Assembly: GCA_045606325.1 (NCBI GenBank)
Contig: JAZURS010000137.1
Span: forward strand, 1 to 62,709
Source: Agathobacter sp.
GTDB taxonomy: Bacteria > Bacillota > Clostridia > Lachnospirales > Lachnospiraceae
Length of the DNA: 62,709 bases
Direction: 5' to 3'
A program made the position numbers and the translations under genes. Shown here piece after piece: positions 8,403-18,034 of this stretch; within the stretch, counting starts at the first letter, position 1, and the number at the start of each line of letters is the position of its first letter. The notes beneath the pieces are model-generated. The model was not told where the DNA came from. It did not search any database and saw only the letters and a list, made by a program, of their open reading frames with translations.

Positions 8403-9638
8403 ATGGAAATTAGAAGAGAACCAATTATCCTGGGTATCGACTTAAGTGATCGGTATGCCATGGTAAGTTACTACCAACTGAATATGAAAGAGCCAGAGAC
8501 GGTTAGTACAATCGCAGGCAGTGAAAACTACCAGATTCCTACGCTTCTTGCTAAGCGAAAGAACCTTGGACAGTGGTTTTATGGAGATGATGCTAAGAAG
8601 ATGGCGAAAACTTCAGAAGTTATCTGCGTAGATTCTCTTTTGAAGCGTGCTGTAAATGGAGAAACGATTCGTATTGAGGAAGAAAGTTTTGAGGCGTGGG
8701 AACTTTTAGCGTTGTTCTTGAAAAAAGTTATGGATTTACCGTTGAAACTTGGCACAGTACCTGGGATTGACAGGGTTGTGCTATCGGTAGATAAACTTTC
8801 AAAAGAAAACATGGAGGTCTTCTGGAAAATCGCTCCAAAACTTGGTCTTCTACCAGAGCAGTTTATGGTAATCGACCATAAGGAAAGCTTTTACTATTTT
8901 GCTTTAAGTCAGCCAGAATCGTTATGGATTCATGATGTATATCTTTTCGAAAATGATGGGAAGAATCTGTTTTACTATGGATTGAAACGTGATACACGTA
9001 CTTCACCACAGGTGGTGTCTATTCGAGAAAGCATCAAGAATCCAGTGGATGAAAACAAGGATCAAGAGTTCTTGCATGTGCTTCAAAGAGCATTTGAAAA
9101 CCAAATTGTTTCCACCGTTTATTTAGTAGGAGATGGCTTTGATGGAGGCTGGATGCAAGATTCATTGACCTTTCTCTGTAGAAACAGACGTGCGTTTCTT
9201 GGAAACAACCTTTATAGCAAGGGGGCTTGTTTTGCAGGCTTTGTAAGAGAGCACAGTGAGAACTGGAAATGCATCTATATGGGCGAAAATGAGATGAAGT
9301 TTAATTTGAGCCTAAAAGTGCGTAATCGCGGAGAACTTGCTTTCCATACTTTAATTAGTGCAGGAAAGAACTGGTTTGAAACAAAGGGAGAATGTGAAGT
9401 AATCCTTGCGGGAGAGGCTGAGATTGATTTTTGGAAGCAGCTTCCAAACAGTAGAGAAGCAGTAATAGAGACTTTGGAACTTACGGATTTGCCTAGTAGA
9501 CCAGAGCGAACCACAAGGCTTCGTATCACGGCAACCCCTGTGTCGGATGAAAAAGTAGAGGTACAGATTCGGGACTTGGGATTTGGAGAAATCTATCGAA
9601 GTACGGATAAGAATTGGAAATATATTATGACTATGTAA
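8403..9638 (+). CDS. Divergent Hsp70/actin-fold protein (DUF5716-like)
   Basis: ILGIDL, IPTLL, FYGDDAK, VYLVGDG, YSKGA and LTDLPSRP...RDLGFGE align with DnaK motifs. Confidence 0.7.
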   Translation: MEIRREPIILGIDLSDRYAMVSYYQLNMKEPETVSTIAGSENYQIPTLLAKRKNLGQWFYGDDAKKMAKTSEVICVDSLLKRAVNGETIRIEEESFEAWELLALFLKKVMDLPLKLGTVPGIDRVVLSVDKLSKENMEVFWKIAPKLGLLPEQFMVIDHKESFYYFALSQPESLWIHDVYLFENDGKNLFYYGLKRDTRTSPQVVSIRESIKNPVDENKDQEFLHVLQRAFENQIVSTVYLVGDGFDGGWMQDSLTFLCRNRRAFLGNNLYSKGACFAGFVREHSENWKCIYMGENEMKFNLSLKVRNRGELAFHTLISAGKNWFETKGECEVILAGEAEIDFWKQLPNSREAVIETLELTDLPSRPERTTRLRITATPVSDEKVEVQIRDLGFGEIYRSTDKNWKYIMTM

Positions 9639-9670
9639 CTTGGTGGGAAAACCACTACGACGGAGGCTAT

Positions 9671-10432
9671 ATGGGTGAGATTTTAATTTGTAATGAACCA
9701 ATAGCAGCTTTGCCTTATTATATCGAGGGTATTGCATGGAATGTGTATTCTCTGGAAGAACTGTGCTATTATGTGGAGCACAATACCTATCTTCTTGAGA
9801 AAGATTTCATGACAGAAGAACTTTGTACATGGATTGGCAAAGAGGTAAAAAACTTAAAATTAGCAGAACAGCTTCGTGACATCATGCGTATGGACGGACT
9901 CCTTTCTGAATTCGTATTAACTCTGTTGGTGGAATGTGGATATTGCCCAAGAGAAACAATCAAAGAAGTAGTTCGAGTCGTTAAGGAAATGGAAGAAAAG
10001 TCCGACTTTGAATGCAACAAAGTTCGTGCTGACCGCCTGATGGAAAAAGAAAAATACTTAAGTAGTATTTACGAGTATAAGAGCCTTCTTGATTCGAATG
10101 AAGCAGGAGAGCAAAGCAAAGAACTAATTGGAAATATTTGGCACAACCTAGGTACTGCCTATGCAAGACTGTTTTTGTTTCAGGAAGCGATTCGTTGTTA
10201 TGAGAAGGCATATGCCTTGAATGAAAATCCTGAATCACAGGAAGCATGCCTGATGGCACAAAAATGTCTAAGTGATGAGGATGGTTTGGTGCAGGCTTCG
10301 GAAGAATTTGTGAATAAAATAGAAGCAATTTCGATGATGAATAATGGTGGTCAGAAACGCCAGTATCAGAAAGCGATTTCTGATATTATTTTCAACTGGA
10401 AAGAAGAATATAGAAGAATTTGTAGGATTTAA
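9671..10432 (+). CDS. TPR-containing hypothetical protein
   Basis: Canonical TPR IWHNLGTAYARLFLFQEAIRCYEKAYALN; RBS GGAGG before ATG 9671. Confidence 0.75.
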   Translation: MGEILICNEPIAALPYYIEGIAWNVYSLEELCYYVEHNTYLLEKDFMTEELCTWIGKEVKNLKLAEQLRDIMRMDGLLSEFVLTLLVECGYCPRETIKEVVRVVKEMEEKSDFECNKVRADRLMEKEKYLSSIYEYKSLLDSNEAGEQSKELIGNIWHNLGTAYARLFLFQEAIRCYEKAYALNENPESQEACLMAQKCLSDEDGLVQASEEFVNKIEAISMMNNGGQKRQYQKAISDIIFNWKEEYRRICRI

Positions 10433-10434
10433 TT

Positions 10435-11643
10435 ATGTCGCTGTTAAATAGATTGTTTGAACGATTTCACAAGAAAAAAAGAAGAACGGTATATCGTGAA
10501 TACATGGAATTCCCAGAAGAAGCAGAGGAAAGAGTGCTCTCTAGCCAGATATTCTCAGATGATCCAAATGCAATGCGAAATCATGTGATTGACATGTGTG
10601 AGCAGATGATTGATATTTCTAGAGAATTAGATGATGTACGACATGAGTATGAACAGGTCACAGAATATCTGAATGATATCCAGATTGTAGAAGAACTCGG
10701 TGGAGAACAGAGAAAACAGTTGGAAGAAGTGGCGACACAGGTGTCAAAGCTGCTCAATGTAAGAAACGATTATCTCAATGCAGAACAAAAGATTTCAGAT
10801 GAAACCTTTAATCAGATGGAAGAAATGGAAGCTGAGATTCCTGCTATTATTCGTAGATTAAAAGTAAATGAAGCAGATTTAGAAACGGTTAAGCATGATT
10901 TAAATTATCTTGCCAGTGAGAAGATAGAATGGAATGTCGTTCGACACGAGAGAGAAGAAGAATTGGAGGCACTTGGCAAACTATCAAAGATTCTGTTACT
11001 TGCCTTTGGTGGAATTGCAATTCTTGTGTTGGTGTTGTCTATGACATTTGATTGGGAACTTTTGCCATTGATTATTGTAGCATTATTAGCTACGTTGGCA
11101 GCTTCCTATGTAATTCTTCGCATGCAGGAGTGCAATAAAGATATTAAACGTAGTGATGTGAATAAAAATTACATCATTTCGTTAGAAAACCGTATTAAAA
11201 TCAAATATGTAAACTCCAAAAACGCAGTTGATTACACCTGTAATCGTTTCCATGTAAAAAATTCTGAGGAACTTACATACAATTTTGAACAATACAATGA
11301 GATTTGCAAAGAAAGAGAAAGATTTAAACAGACGAACGAAGAACTAGATTATTACAAGATTCGTTTAGTAAAGATTTTACGTAGTTTGAATCTTTATGAT
11401 GCAAAGATTTGGTTGAATTATGCAAATGCCATCATTAGTAAAAATGAGATGGTAGAGTTAAAACATGAATTATTCTCAAGACGTCAGTTCCTTCGAAGTC
11501 GTATTGATTACAACTTGAAAGCAATTGCAGATATGAGAAAAGATGTAGATTTATATGTCGATAAACTTGGACCAAAAGCGGGGCAGATAATGACGATTGT
11601 AAATCGAGTAGATGAATTGAATAAAAACTTAGGTTTATTATAA
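10435..11643 (+). CDS. Coiled-coil protein with two central transmembrane helices
   Basis: Heptad-rich sequence with a hydrophobic hairpin ILLLAFGGIAILVLVL...LLPLIIVALLATLAASYVIL. Confidence 0.7.
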   Translation: MSLLNRLFERFHKKKRRTVYREYMEFPEEAEERVLSSQIFSDDPNAMRNHVIDMCEQMIDISRELDDVRHEYEQVTEYLNDIQIVEELGGEQRKQLEEVATQVSKLLNVRNDYLNAEQKISDETFNQMEEMEAEIPAIIRRLKVNEADLETVKHDLNYLASEKIEWNVVRHEREEELEALGKLSKILLLAFGGIAILVLVLSMTFDWELLPLIIVALLATLAASYVILRMQECNKDIKRSDVNKNYIISLENRIKIKYVNSKNAVDYTCNRFHVKNSEELTYNFEQYNEICKERERFKQTNEELDYYKIRLVKILRSLNLYDAKIWLNYANAIISKNEMVELKHELFSRRQFLRSRIDYNLKAIADMRKDVDLYVDKLGPKAGQIMTIVNRVDELNKNLGLL

Positions 11644-11646
11644 GAG

Positions 11647-11679
11647 AGGAGCACATTGCTCCTCTTTTTGCATATCTTA
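11647..11679 (+). promoter_or_regulatory. Operon terminator overlapping a SigK-type promoter of cotJABC
   Basis: AGGAGC-ACATT-GCTCCT stem with a T-run; AC(11653)-16-CATATCTTA(11671). Confidence 0.55.
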
Positions 11680-11709
11680 TATTGTATTAAGAATATAGGA
11701 GATTTATGT

Positions 11710-12078
11710 ATGGGAAATAATATGAGCCCTCAGCAGCGTGATATGATGTATCAACGCGATATGATGAATAAGGGTAGAAACCATATGCATACACGTAATA
11801 TGGAACGAAATTGCAACTGTGATATGAACGAACCTTGTATTATGCCACGTATACCAGAACGTTGTGAGGATGGTTGCGATAGAAATCAAAACAGAAATCG
11901 TTGTGATGATGATTGTAGTCGTGGTCGTGACATGCTCTATGGTATGCCACTTGCTATGGGATATGTACCTTGGCAGAACTTTGAATGTACCTATGAACCA
12001 GCTCAAGCATTACAGGCTGGTACAATCTTTCCAGAACTCGACAAACCGTTTTTCGGAAGAAGGGGGATGCGACTATGA
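11710..12078 (+). CDS. cotJA: Spore coat protein CotJA with a Cys/Met/Arg-rich N-terminal extension
   Basis: MPLAMGYVPWQ...QALQAGTIFPELDKPF; RBS AGGAGA before ATG 11710. Confidence 0.85.
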   Translation: MGNNMSPQQRDMMYQRDMMNKGRNHMHTRNMERNCNCDMNEPCIMPRIPERCEDGCDRNQNRNRCDDDCSRGRDMLYGMPLAMGYVPWQNFECTYEPAQALQAGTIFPELDKPFFGRRGMRL

Positions 12079-12323
12079 ATAGAAAGCAGATGTTAGAATG
12101 GGTACAGGCACTTGGGTTTGTGGTAGTAGATATGCAGCTTTATTTGGATACCCATCCATGTGATGAAGAGGCATTAGCATATTATAAAGCCGCAGTAGAA
12201 AACTATAAGAATGCAAAAATGAAATATGAAGAACATTTCGGCCCACTTACGGCTGTGAATTCATTGGATTGTGACAGATGGGCATGGGCAGATACACCAT
12301 TGCCATGGGAAGGAGTGAGATAG
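12075..12323 (+). CDS. cotJB: Spore coat protein CotJB
   Basis: LYLDTHP.D..AL, YE..FGPLT, W.W...PLPWE. Confidence 0.9.
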   Translation: MNRKQMLEWVQALGFVVVDMQLYLDTHPCDEEALAYYKAAVENYKNAKMKYEEHFGPLTAVNSLDCDRWAWADTPLPWEGVR

Positions 12324-12326
12324 TAT

Positions 12327-12923
12327 ATGTGGACTTATGAAAGAAAATTACAATATCCAGTAAATATTACCAGACCAAATCCAGCTATGGCAAAATTTAT
12401 TATGAGCCAGTATGGTGGTCCAGATGGTGAAATCGCAGCGTCTATGCGTTATCTCTCACAGAGATACAGCATGGATAATAAAAAAGTAGCAGGACTTCTT
12501 ACGGACATTGGTACTGAGGAACTCGCTCACATGGAGATGATTGCTGCCATTATCCGCCAGCTTACAAAGGGCTGTAGTGCGGAAGAACTAAAAGAATCTG
12601 GACTTGGTGCTTATTATATCGACCATACAGGCGGTATTTGGCCTCAGGCTGCAGGTGGTATCCCTTTCAATGCTTGCGAATTCCAGAGTAAAGGTGATCC
12701 GCTCACAGACCTTTTCGAAGACTTGGCTGCTGAGCAGAAAGCACGAAGCACTTATGACAACATCCTTCGTCTTGTAAAAGACCACGAAGTAGCAGACCCA
12801 ATCCGTTTCCTCCGAGAACGTGAAATCGTTCACTTCCAGAGATTTGGGGAAGGACTTCGTATGTATCAGGAAGAGTTAGATGGCAAGAACTTTTATGCAT
12901 TTAACGCTTGGTTTGATAAATAA
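12327..12923 (+). CDS. cotJC: CotJC, manganese catalase family
   Basis: QYGGPDGE, DIGTEELAH.E, AAEQKAR, REIVHFQRF. Confidence 0.92.
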   Translation: MWTYERKLQYPVNITRPNPAMAKFIMSQYGGPDGEIAASMRYLSQRYSMDNKKVAGLLTDIGTEELAHMEMIAAIIRQLTKGCSAEELKESGLGAYYIDHTGGIWPQAAGGIPFNACEFQSKGDPLTDLFEDLAAEQKARSTYDNILRLVKDHEVADPIRFLREREIVHFQRFGEGLRMYQEELDGKNFYAFNAWFDK

Positions 12924-13019
12924 GATAAACATTGGTTAATTGAAAAATATGTTATATAATGTGGGTTGCGGCAAAATGTGGGCGCAGCCCATTTTATATA
13001 TTACTTAAGGAGAGAAAAC

Positions 13020-14474
13020 ATGAGCAAAGTTAGAACAAGATTTGCACCAAGTCCAACAGGTAGAATGCACGTAGGTAACTTACGTTCTGCCTTATACGAA
13101 TTTTTAATTGCAAAACATGCAGGCGGAGAATTTATGCTCCGTATTGAAGATACAGATCAGGAGCGATATGTAGAAGGTGCTGTAGAAATCATTTATAGAA
13201 CTATGGAAAAGACAGGTCTTATTCATGACGAAGGTCCAGATAAAGACGGTGGCTTCGGCCCATATGTACAGAGTGAACGTATGGCTACTGGTATCTATAT
13301 GAAATACGCACAGGAATTGGTAGAAAAAGGCGAAGCTTATTACTGTTTCTGTGATAAAGAACGTCTTGCTTCTTTGAAATCAGAAGTAGTAGAAGGAAAA
13401 GAAATCACAGTTTATGACAAACACTGTGCTTCTCTTTCTAAAGAAGAAGTAGAAGCAAATCTTGCAGCTGGCAAGCCATTCGTTATTCGTCAGAACATTC
13501 CAAACGAAGGAACTACTACATTCCACGATGAACTTTACGGTGATATCACAGTTGAAAACGCAGAACTTGATGACATGATTCTCATCAAATCTGACGGATA
13601 TCCAACATACAACTTCGCCAACGTAGTAGATGACCATACTATGAACATTACACACGTTGTTCGTGGTAACGAATACCTTTCATCTTCTCCAAAATATCAG
13701 AGACTTTATGATGCATTTGGTTGGGAATCACCAACATACATTCATTTGCCTTTAATTACGGATGAAAACCATAAGAAACTTTCAAAGAGAAGTGGTCATT
13801 CTTCTTTCGAAGATTTAATCGAACAGGGCTTTTTAACAGAAGCAATCGTAAACTACATTGCTTTACTTGGTTGGAGTCCAGAAGACAACCGTGAAATCTT
13901 TACATTAGATGAACTTATTCGTGATTTTGATTATACAAGAATTAGCAAATCACCAGCAGTTTTTGACTATGTAAAACTCAAATGGATGAACGGCGAGTAC
14001 ATCAAGGCTATGGATTTTGATGCATTCTATGAAATGGCAGAACCATACATCAAGGAAGTGATTACAAAAGACTTAGATCTTAAGAAAATTGCTGCTATGG
14101 TAAAAACTCGTATTGAAGTATTCCCAGATATCAAAGAACATATTGATTTCTTTGAAACTTTACCAGAATACGATACAGCAATGTATACACATAAGAAGAT
14201 GAAAACAAACGAAGAAACATCTCTTGCAGTGCTTACAGACATCCTTCCTATCTTAGAAGCACAGGAAGACTACTCAAATGATGCACTTTATGCTACACTT
14301 TGCAATTATGTAGCAGAAATAGAGGTTAAGAATGGCTATGTAATGTGGCCTATTCGTACTGCAGTTTCTGGTAAACAGATGACACCAGGTGGTGCAACAG
14401 AACTTATGGAACTTCTTGGTAAAGAAGAATCCATCGCACGTATCCGTAAGGGTATCGAAATGTTATCTAAATAA
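13020..14474 (+). CDS. gltX: Glutamate-tRNA ligase
   Basis: [13 protein letters not shown] (HIGH-like) and KLSKR (KMSKS-like); RBS AAGGAG before ATG 13020. Confidence 0.96.
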   Translation: MSKVRTRFAPSPTGRMHVGNLRSALYEFLIAKHAGGEFMLRIEDTDQERYVEGAVEIIYRTMEKTGLIHDEGPDKDGGFGPYVQSERMATGIYMKYAQELVEKGEAYYCFCDKERLASLKSEVVEGKEITVYDKHCASLSKEEVEANLAAGKPFVIRQNIPNEGTTTFHDELYGDITVENAELDDMILIKSDGYPTYNFANVVDDHTMNITHVVRGNEYLSSSPKYQRLYDAFGWESPTYIHLPLITDENHKKLSKRSGHSSFEDLIEQGFLTEAIVNYIALLGWSPEDNREIFTLDELIRDFDYTRISKSPAVFDYVKLKWMNGEYIKAMDFDAFYEMAEPYIKEVITKDLDLKKIAAMVKTRIEVFPDIKEHIDFFETLPEYDTAMYTHKKMKTNEETSLAVLTDILPILEAQEDYSNDALYATLCNYVAEIEVKNGYVMWPIRTAVSGKQMTPGGATELMELLGKEESIARIRKGIEMLSK

Positions 14475-14488
14475 TTTCGAGGTAATTC

Positions 14489-16339
14489 ATGAAATTCAAC
14501 GAATCTCAAACATTGGCCATCCTGCATAAGGATGGCCCAATGCTTGTCTTAGCTGGGCCAGGTAGTGGCAAGACAGCAACCCTAGTAGAACGAACAAAAA
14601 ACTTAATAATAAAGCATGGGGTAAGTCCGTCTAATATTCTGGTTATTACCTTTACAAAAGCTGCAGCAAATGAGATGAAACAGCGTTTTGAAAAAGAAAT
14701 GGAAACGAGTGGAGCAAAAGTCACTTTTGGTACATTCCATGCCATCTTTTTTATGGTTTTAAAACTAGCTTATAATTATAATAGCAGTAACATTATTACA
14801 GATGAAATCAAGTATCAGGCTATGCGGGAACTCGTTAATAAATATGGCTTAGAATATCGTGACGAAAATGAATTAATGAGCGGTATTTTTAGTGAAATCA
14901 GTATGATAAAGAATTCTCGCATTCCATTAGAACACTTTTATTCTACCCAGTGTGGAGAGGATGTGTTTCGAAAGATATATGGGGATTATGAGAGTTTTTT
15001 AAAGAAACACCACCTCATTGATTTTGATGATATGTTGACTTTGACGTATGAGTTATTCAAAGAAAGACCGGATATTTTATCTGCTTGGCAGAAGAAGTAT
15101 CAGTATATCTTGGTAGATGAGTTTCAGGATATCAAACAGATTCAATATGATATTGTACGTATGATGGCAGCACCAGGGAATAATCTTTTCATGGTGGGAG
15201 ATGATGACCAGTCTATTTATCGTTTTCGTGGTTCGAAACCAGAGATCATGCTTCATATTCCAAAGGATTATCCAGATGTGAAACAGATACATTTGGATGT
15301 AAATTATCGATGTCCAAAGGATGTGGTAGAGTGTTCCCAAAAGTTGATTATGCATAATAAGGAACGTTTTCCTAAGAAGATTGTTGCAAATGTAGAATCC
15401 GTAAACACACAAACAATTGGATTCAAGCAGTTTAACACGCAACGAGACGAAGTCCTTTTTATCATCAAAGAAATAGAATCTCGTCTACAAAAAGACTACG
15501 CATTATCCGATATAGCAATCCTATTTCGCACAAACATGCAACCACGCTTTCTGATGGAACAGTTGATGGCTTATAATGTGGATTTTAAGACGAGAGATCA
15601 GATTCCGAATCTTTATGACCATTGGATAGCAAAGGATATTCGTGCATACATGGATATTGCCAGAGGAAGTCGTGCACGTAAGGATTTTCTTATGATTTTA
15701 AATAAGCCTAAACGATACATTAGTCGTGATTCCTTATGTGAATCTCAGGTGGCATTTGATGAGTGGGAAAAGATGTATGATGAGCAACCGTGGGTAGCAG
15801 AACGTATTGAAAAATTGCATTATGATATTAAGATGCTAGAGAAATTATCTCCATATTCTGCCATCAATTATATTCGTCATGGAATCGGTTATGATGACTA
15901 TATTGCAGAGTATGCCCAGTATAGAAACCTGAATAAAGAAGATTTGTTTGATGTGTTAGACGAGCTACAGGTCAGTGCGAAAGGTTTTCAGAGTTATGAA
16001 ACTTGGGAAAAGCATATAAAAGATTATACAGAGGAACTTCGAGAAAAAGCGAAGCAGAAACGTGAGAATCCGAATGCGGTAACATTATCGACTCTCCATA
16101 GTGCAAAGGGATTAGAATTCAAGTCTGTTTTTATTATAGATGCAAATCAAGGTGTTACACCGTACAAAAAAGCAGTTCTAGATAAAGATATAGAAGAAGA
16201 GCGTCGTTTGTTTTACGTAGGGATGACACGTGCAAGTAATGATTTAACAGTGTGTTCTGTAAAAGAATTGCATAATAAATCTGCCGAAGTCAGCCAGTTT
16301 GTGACAGAGGCTGGTTTAATCAAGAAGGAAAACAATTGA
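14489..16339 (+). CDS. UvrD/Rep/PcrA-family SF1 DNA helicase
   Basis: AGPGSGKT, TFTKAAA.EM, LVDEFQD, VGDDDQSIYRFRG, TLHSAKGLEF, EERRLFYVGMTRA. Confidence 0.93.
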   Translation: MKFNESQTLAILHKDGPMLVLAGPGSGKTATLVERTKNLIIKHGVSPSNILVITFTKAAANEMKQRFEKEMETSGAKVTFGTFHAIFFMVLKLAYNYNSSNIITDEIKYQAMRELVNKYGLEYRDENELMSGIFSEISMIKNSRIPLEHFYSTQCGEDVFRKIYGDYESFLKKHHLIDFDDMLTLTYELFKERPDILSAWQKKYQYILVDEFQDIKQIQYDIVRMMAAPGNNLFMVGDDDQSIYRFRGSKPEIMLHIPKDYPDVKQIHLDVNYRCPKDVVECSQKLIMHNKERFPKKIVANVESVNTQTIGFKQFNTQRDEVLFIIKEIESRLQKDYALSDIAILFRTNMQPRFLMEQLMAYNVDFKTRDQIPNLYDHWIAKDIRAYMDIARGSRARKDFLMILNKPKRYISRDSLCESQVAFDEWEKMYDEQPWVAERIEKLHYDIKMLEKLSPYSAINYIRHGIGYDDYIAEYAQYRNLNKEDLFDVLDELQVSAKGFQSYETWEKHIKDYTEELREKAKQKRENPNAVTLSTLHSAKGLEFKSVFIIDANQGVTPYKKAVLDKDIEEERRLFYVGMTRASNDLTVCSVKELHNKSAEVSQFVTEAGLIKKENN

Positions 16340-16364
16340 GTTTGATTTTAGATTATGGTACAAT
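16336..16364 (+). promoter_or_regulatory. SigA promoter of the DUF1292-like gene
   Basis: TTGAGT-17-TACAAT with extended -10 TG. Confidence 0.5.
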
Positions 16365-16397
16365 CTAGAAAAATATTGCAAGAAACGAGGAAATATT

Positions 16398-16721
16398 ATG
16401 TCAGATAAAGAATTAATTACACCAGTAACACCAGACGAAGTAGATGATATTCGTGTAACTTTAAACACAGATGATGGAGATATCGAATGTCGTCCACTTA
16501 CTATATTCGAAGTAGATGGCGAAGATTATATCGCGCTTATGCCACTGGATGAAAATGATCAGGATAATGCAGAAGGAATTATCTATTTCTATGGATATTC
16601 TGAGGATGAGCAGGGGCTTGCAGAACTTCGTTATATTGACAGTGAAGATGAATATGAAGCAGTACTTGATCGTTTTGATGAATTACAGGATGAAGCATTT
16701 TATGATTCAATAGAAGATTAA
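16398..16721 (+). CDS. DUF1292-like acidic protein
   Basis: VTL..DDG..EC..LTIFEVDGEDYIALMP...YIDSEDEYEAV..F. Confidence 0.8.
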   Translation: MSDKELITPVTPDEVDDIRVTLNTDDGDIECRPLTIFEVDGEDYIALMPLDENDQDNAEGIIYFYGYSEDEQGLAELRYIDSEDEYEAVLDRFDELQDEAFYDSIED

Positions 16722-16752
16722 AAAAGATGGCTCCGTAAGGAGTCATCTTTTT
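16720..16752. terminator. Bidirectional terminator between convergent genes
   Basis: AAAAAAGATGGCTCC-GTAA-GGAGTCATCTTTTT. Confidence 0.85.
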
Positions 16753-17846
16753 TAGATTATAGCCTGTATGTAAATATCTGGATTATGTAACAAATTTAAG
16801 AAACTATTATCTTTATGTAACTGAACAATTGGACGAGTTAGACGTTCATTAATGAAAATGATGCGGGCTGTTTCGTCGTTGCTTAAGAGAATATCGCTAT
16901 TTAAGTAAGTGTTTGCAATTCTCTGTAAGAATGGAGTAATGTATCTTGGGTGATATTTCTGCAAGCCTTCTTCCTCGAAGAAGGAGATTACTTCGAAAGG
17001 ACAAAGTCCAGTTCGATAGCAACGGTCTGCAGTCATCGCATCATATACGTCTGCGATAGAAATAATACATTCAAAATCGCCAAGTTTAGTGATATTATGA
17101 CCAAATGGATAGCCAGTTCCATCACATCGTTCGTGATGATGAAGCACCGCATTTTTTACTCTTAAGTCCAAGTCCTGATTCTTTAAGATATCATAACCGA
17201 ACTGTGCATGCATTTTCACGAAGTTATACTCTTGTGGAGTAAGTTTACGTGGTTTCATAAGGATATCATCTGGAATCTGGCATTTGCCTACATCGTGGAG
17301 AAGACCAGATAAAGTAAGCATATCCAAGGTTTCATCATCAAAATTACTCCATATACCAATAAGACGAGCAATCATCGCTACATTTACAGAATGTGCAAAG
17401 GTAGAATCATCAATCTGCTTCATAGAGTGCAGCATACCAAAGAAAGAAAAATATCCCTGGTTTTTATTGAAAATCTTTACCGTATCGTCAATTAAAGCAG
17501 GTGCATCTACTGGGGTATTACGCAAAATAATATCACTGATAGAGTCCTGAAGCATGTTTACATTAGCGGTGTATTCCTTTTTGAAGACTTTATATTCTTC
17601 AGATTTCAGAATACGCTCTAAATGAGTGGTTTGGGCGCCATTACGTTTCTCGTATGCTTCACGGATTTCCATTGCCATTTCGCCATCATATATATTCACT
17701 TGTTCAATTGTATAAAACTTCATGTGGGATATCATTTGTCGGCTGAGAAGAGAGTCCTTGCGGACAATCAATTGTCCTGCTTTGGAATACACATCTTCAG
17801 AAACCATCATCCCGACCTTTAAGTCTTCCGTCTTGATAAATGGCAT
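16752..17846 (-). CDS. HD-GYP domain protein (putative c-di-GMP phosphodiesterase)
   Basis: HSVNVA, LLHDVGK, HHERCDGTGYP, ADVYDAMT; RBS AAGGTGG before ATG 17846. Confidence 0.9.
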   Translation of the reverse strand: MPFIKTEDLKVGMMVSEDVYSKAGQLIVRKDSLLSRQMISHMKFYTIEQVNIYDGEMAMEIREAYEKRNGAQTTHLERILKSEEYKVFKKEYTANVNMLQDSISDIILRNTPVDAPALIDDTVKIFNKNQGYFSFFGMLHSMKQIDDSTFAHSVNVAMIARLIGIWSNFDDETLDMLTLSGLLHDVGKCQIPDDILMKPRKLTPQEYNFVKMHAQFGYDILKNQDLDLRVKNAVLHHHERCDGTGYPFGHNITKLGDFECIISIADVYDAMTADRCYRTGLCPFEVISFFEEEGLQKYHPRYITPFLQRIANTYLNSDILLSNDETARIIFINERLTRPIVQLHKDNSFLNLLHNPDIYIQAII

Positions 17847-17881
17847 AGTTTTCCACCTTTTAAACACAATTTTACAAATTA

Positions 17882-17910
17882 ATATTATCTCTCTTTTTTC
17901 TTATTGTCAA
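17882..17910 (-). promoter_or_regulatory. SigA promoter of the HD-GYP gene
   Basis: Minus strand TTGACA-17-TAATAT. Confidence 0.5.
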
Positions 17911-18034
17911 TGTGAGATAAAAGAAAAGATTACATTAAATTTTGTATACAAATCATGGAAAAAAAGGTATAATAAATAAGTAAGATGAAAACCATAAAAT
18001 ACATTAAGAGAAGTGACAAGAATACGGAGGCAGC

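Noticed and set aside
8403-9638. Wadjet JetA (DUF5716 naming overlap) or canonical DnaK
   Set aside because: No SMC ATPase or JetD neighbours; too short and degenerate for DnaK, with no grpE or dnaJ
12924-13019. T-box riboswitch before gltX
   Set aside because: Spacer under 100 nt with no T-box consensus or specifier stem
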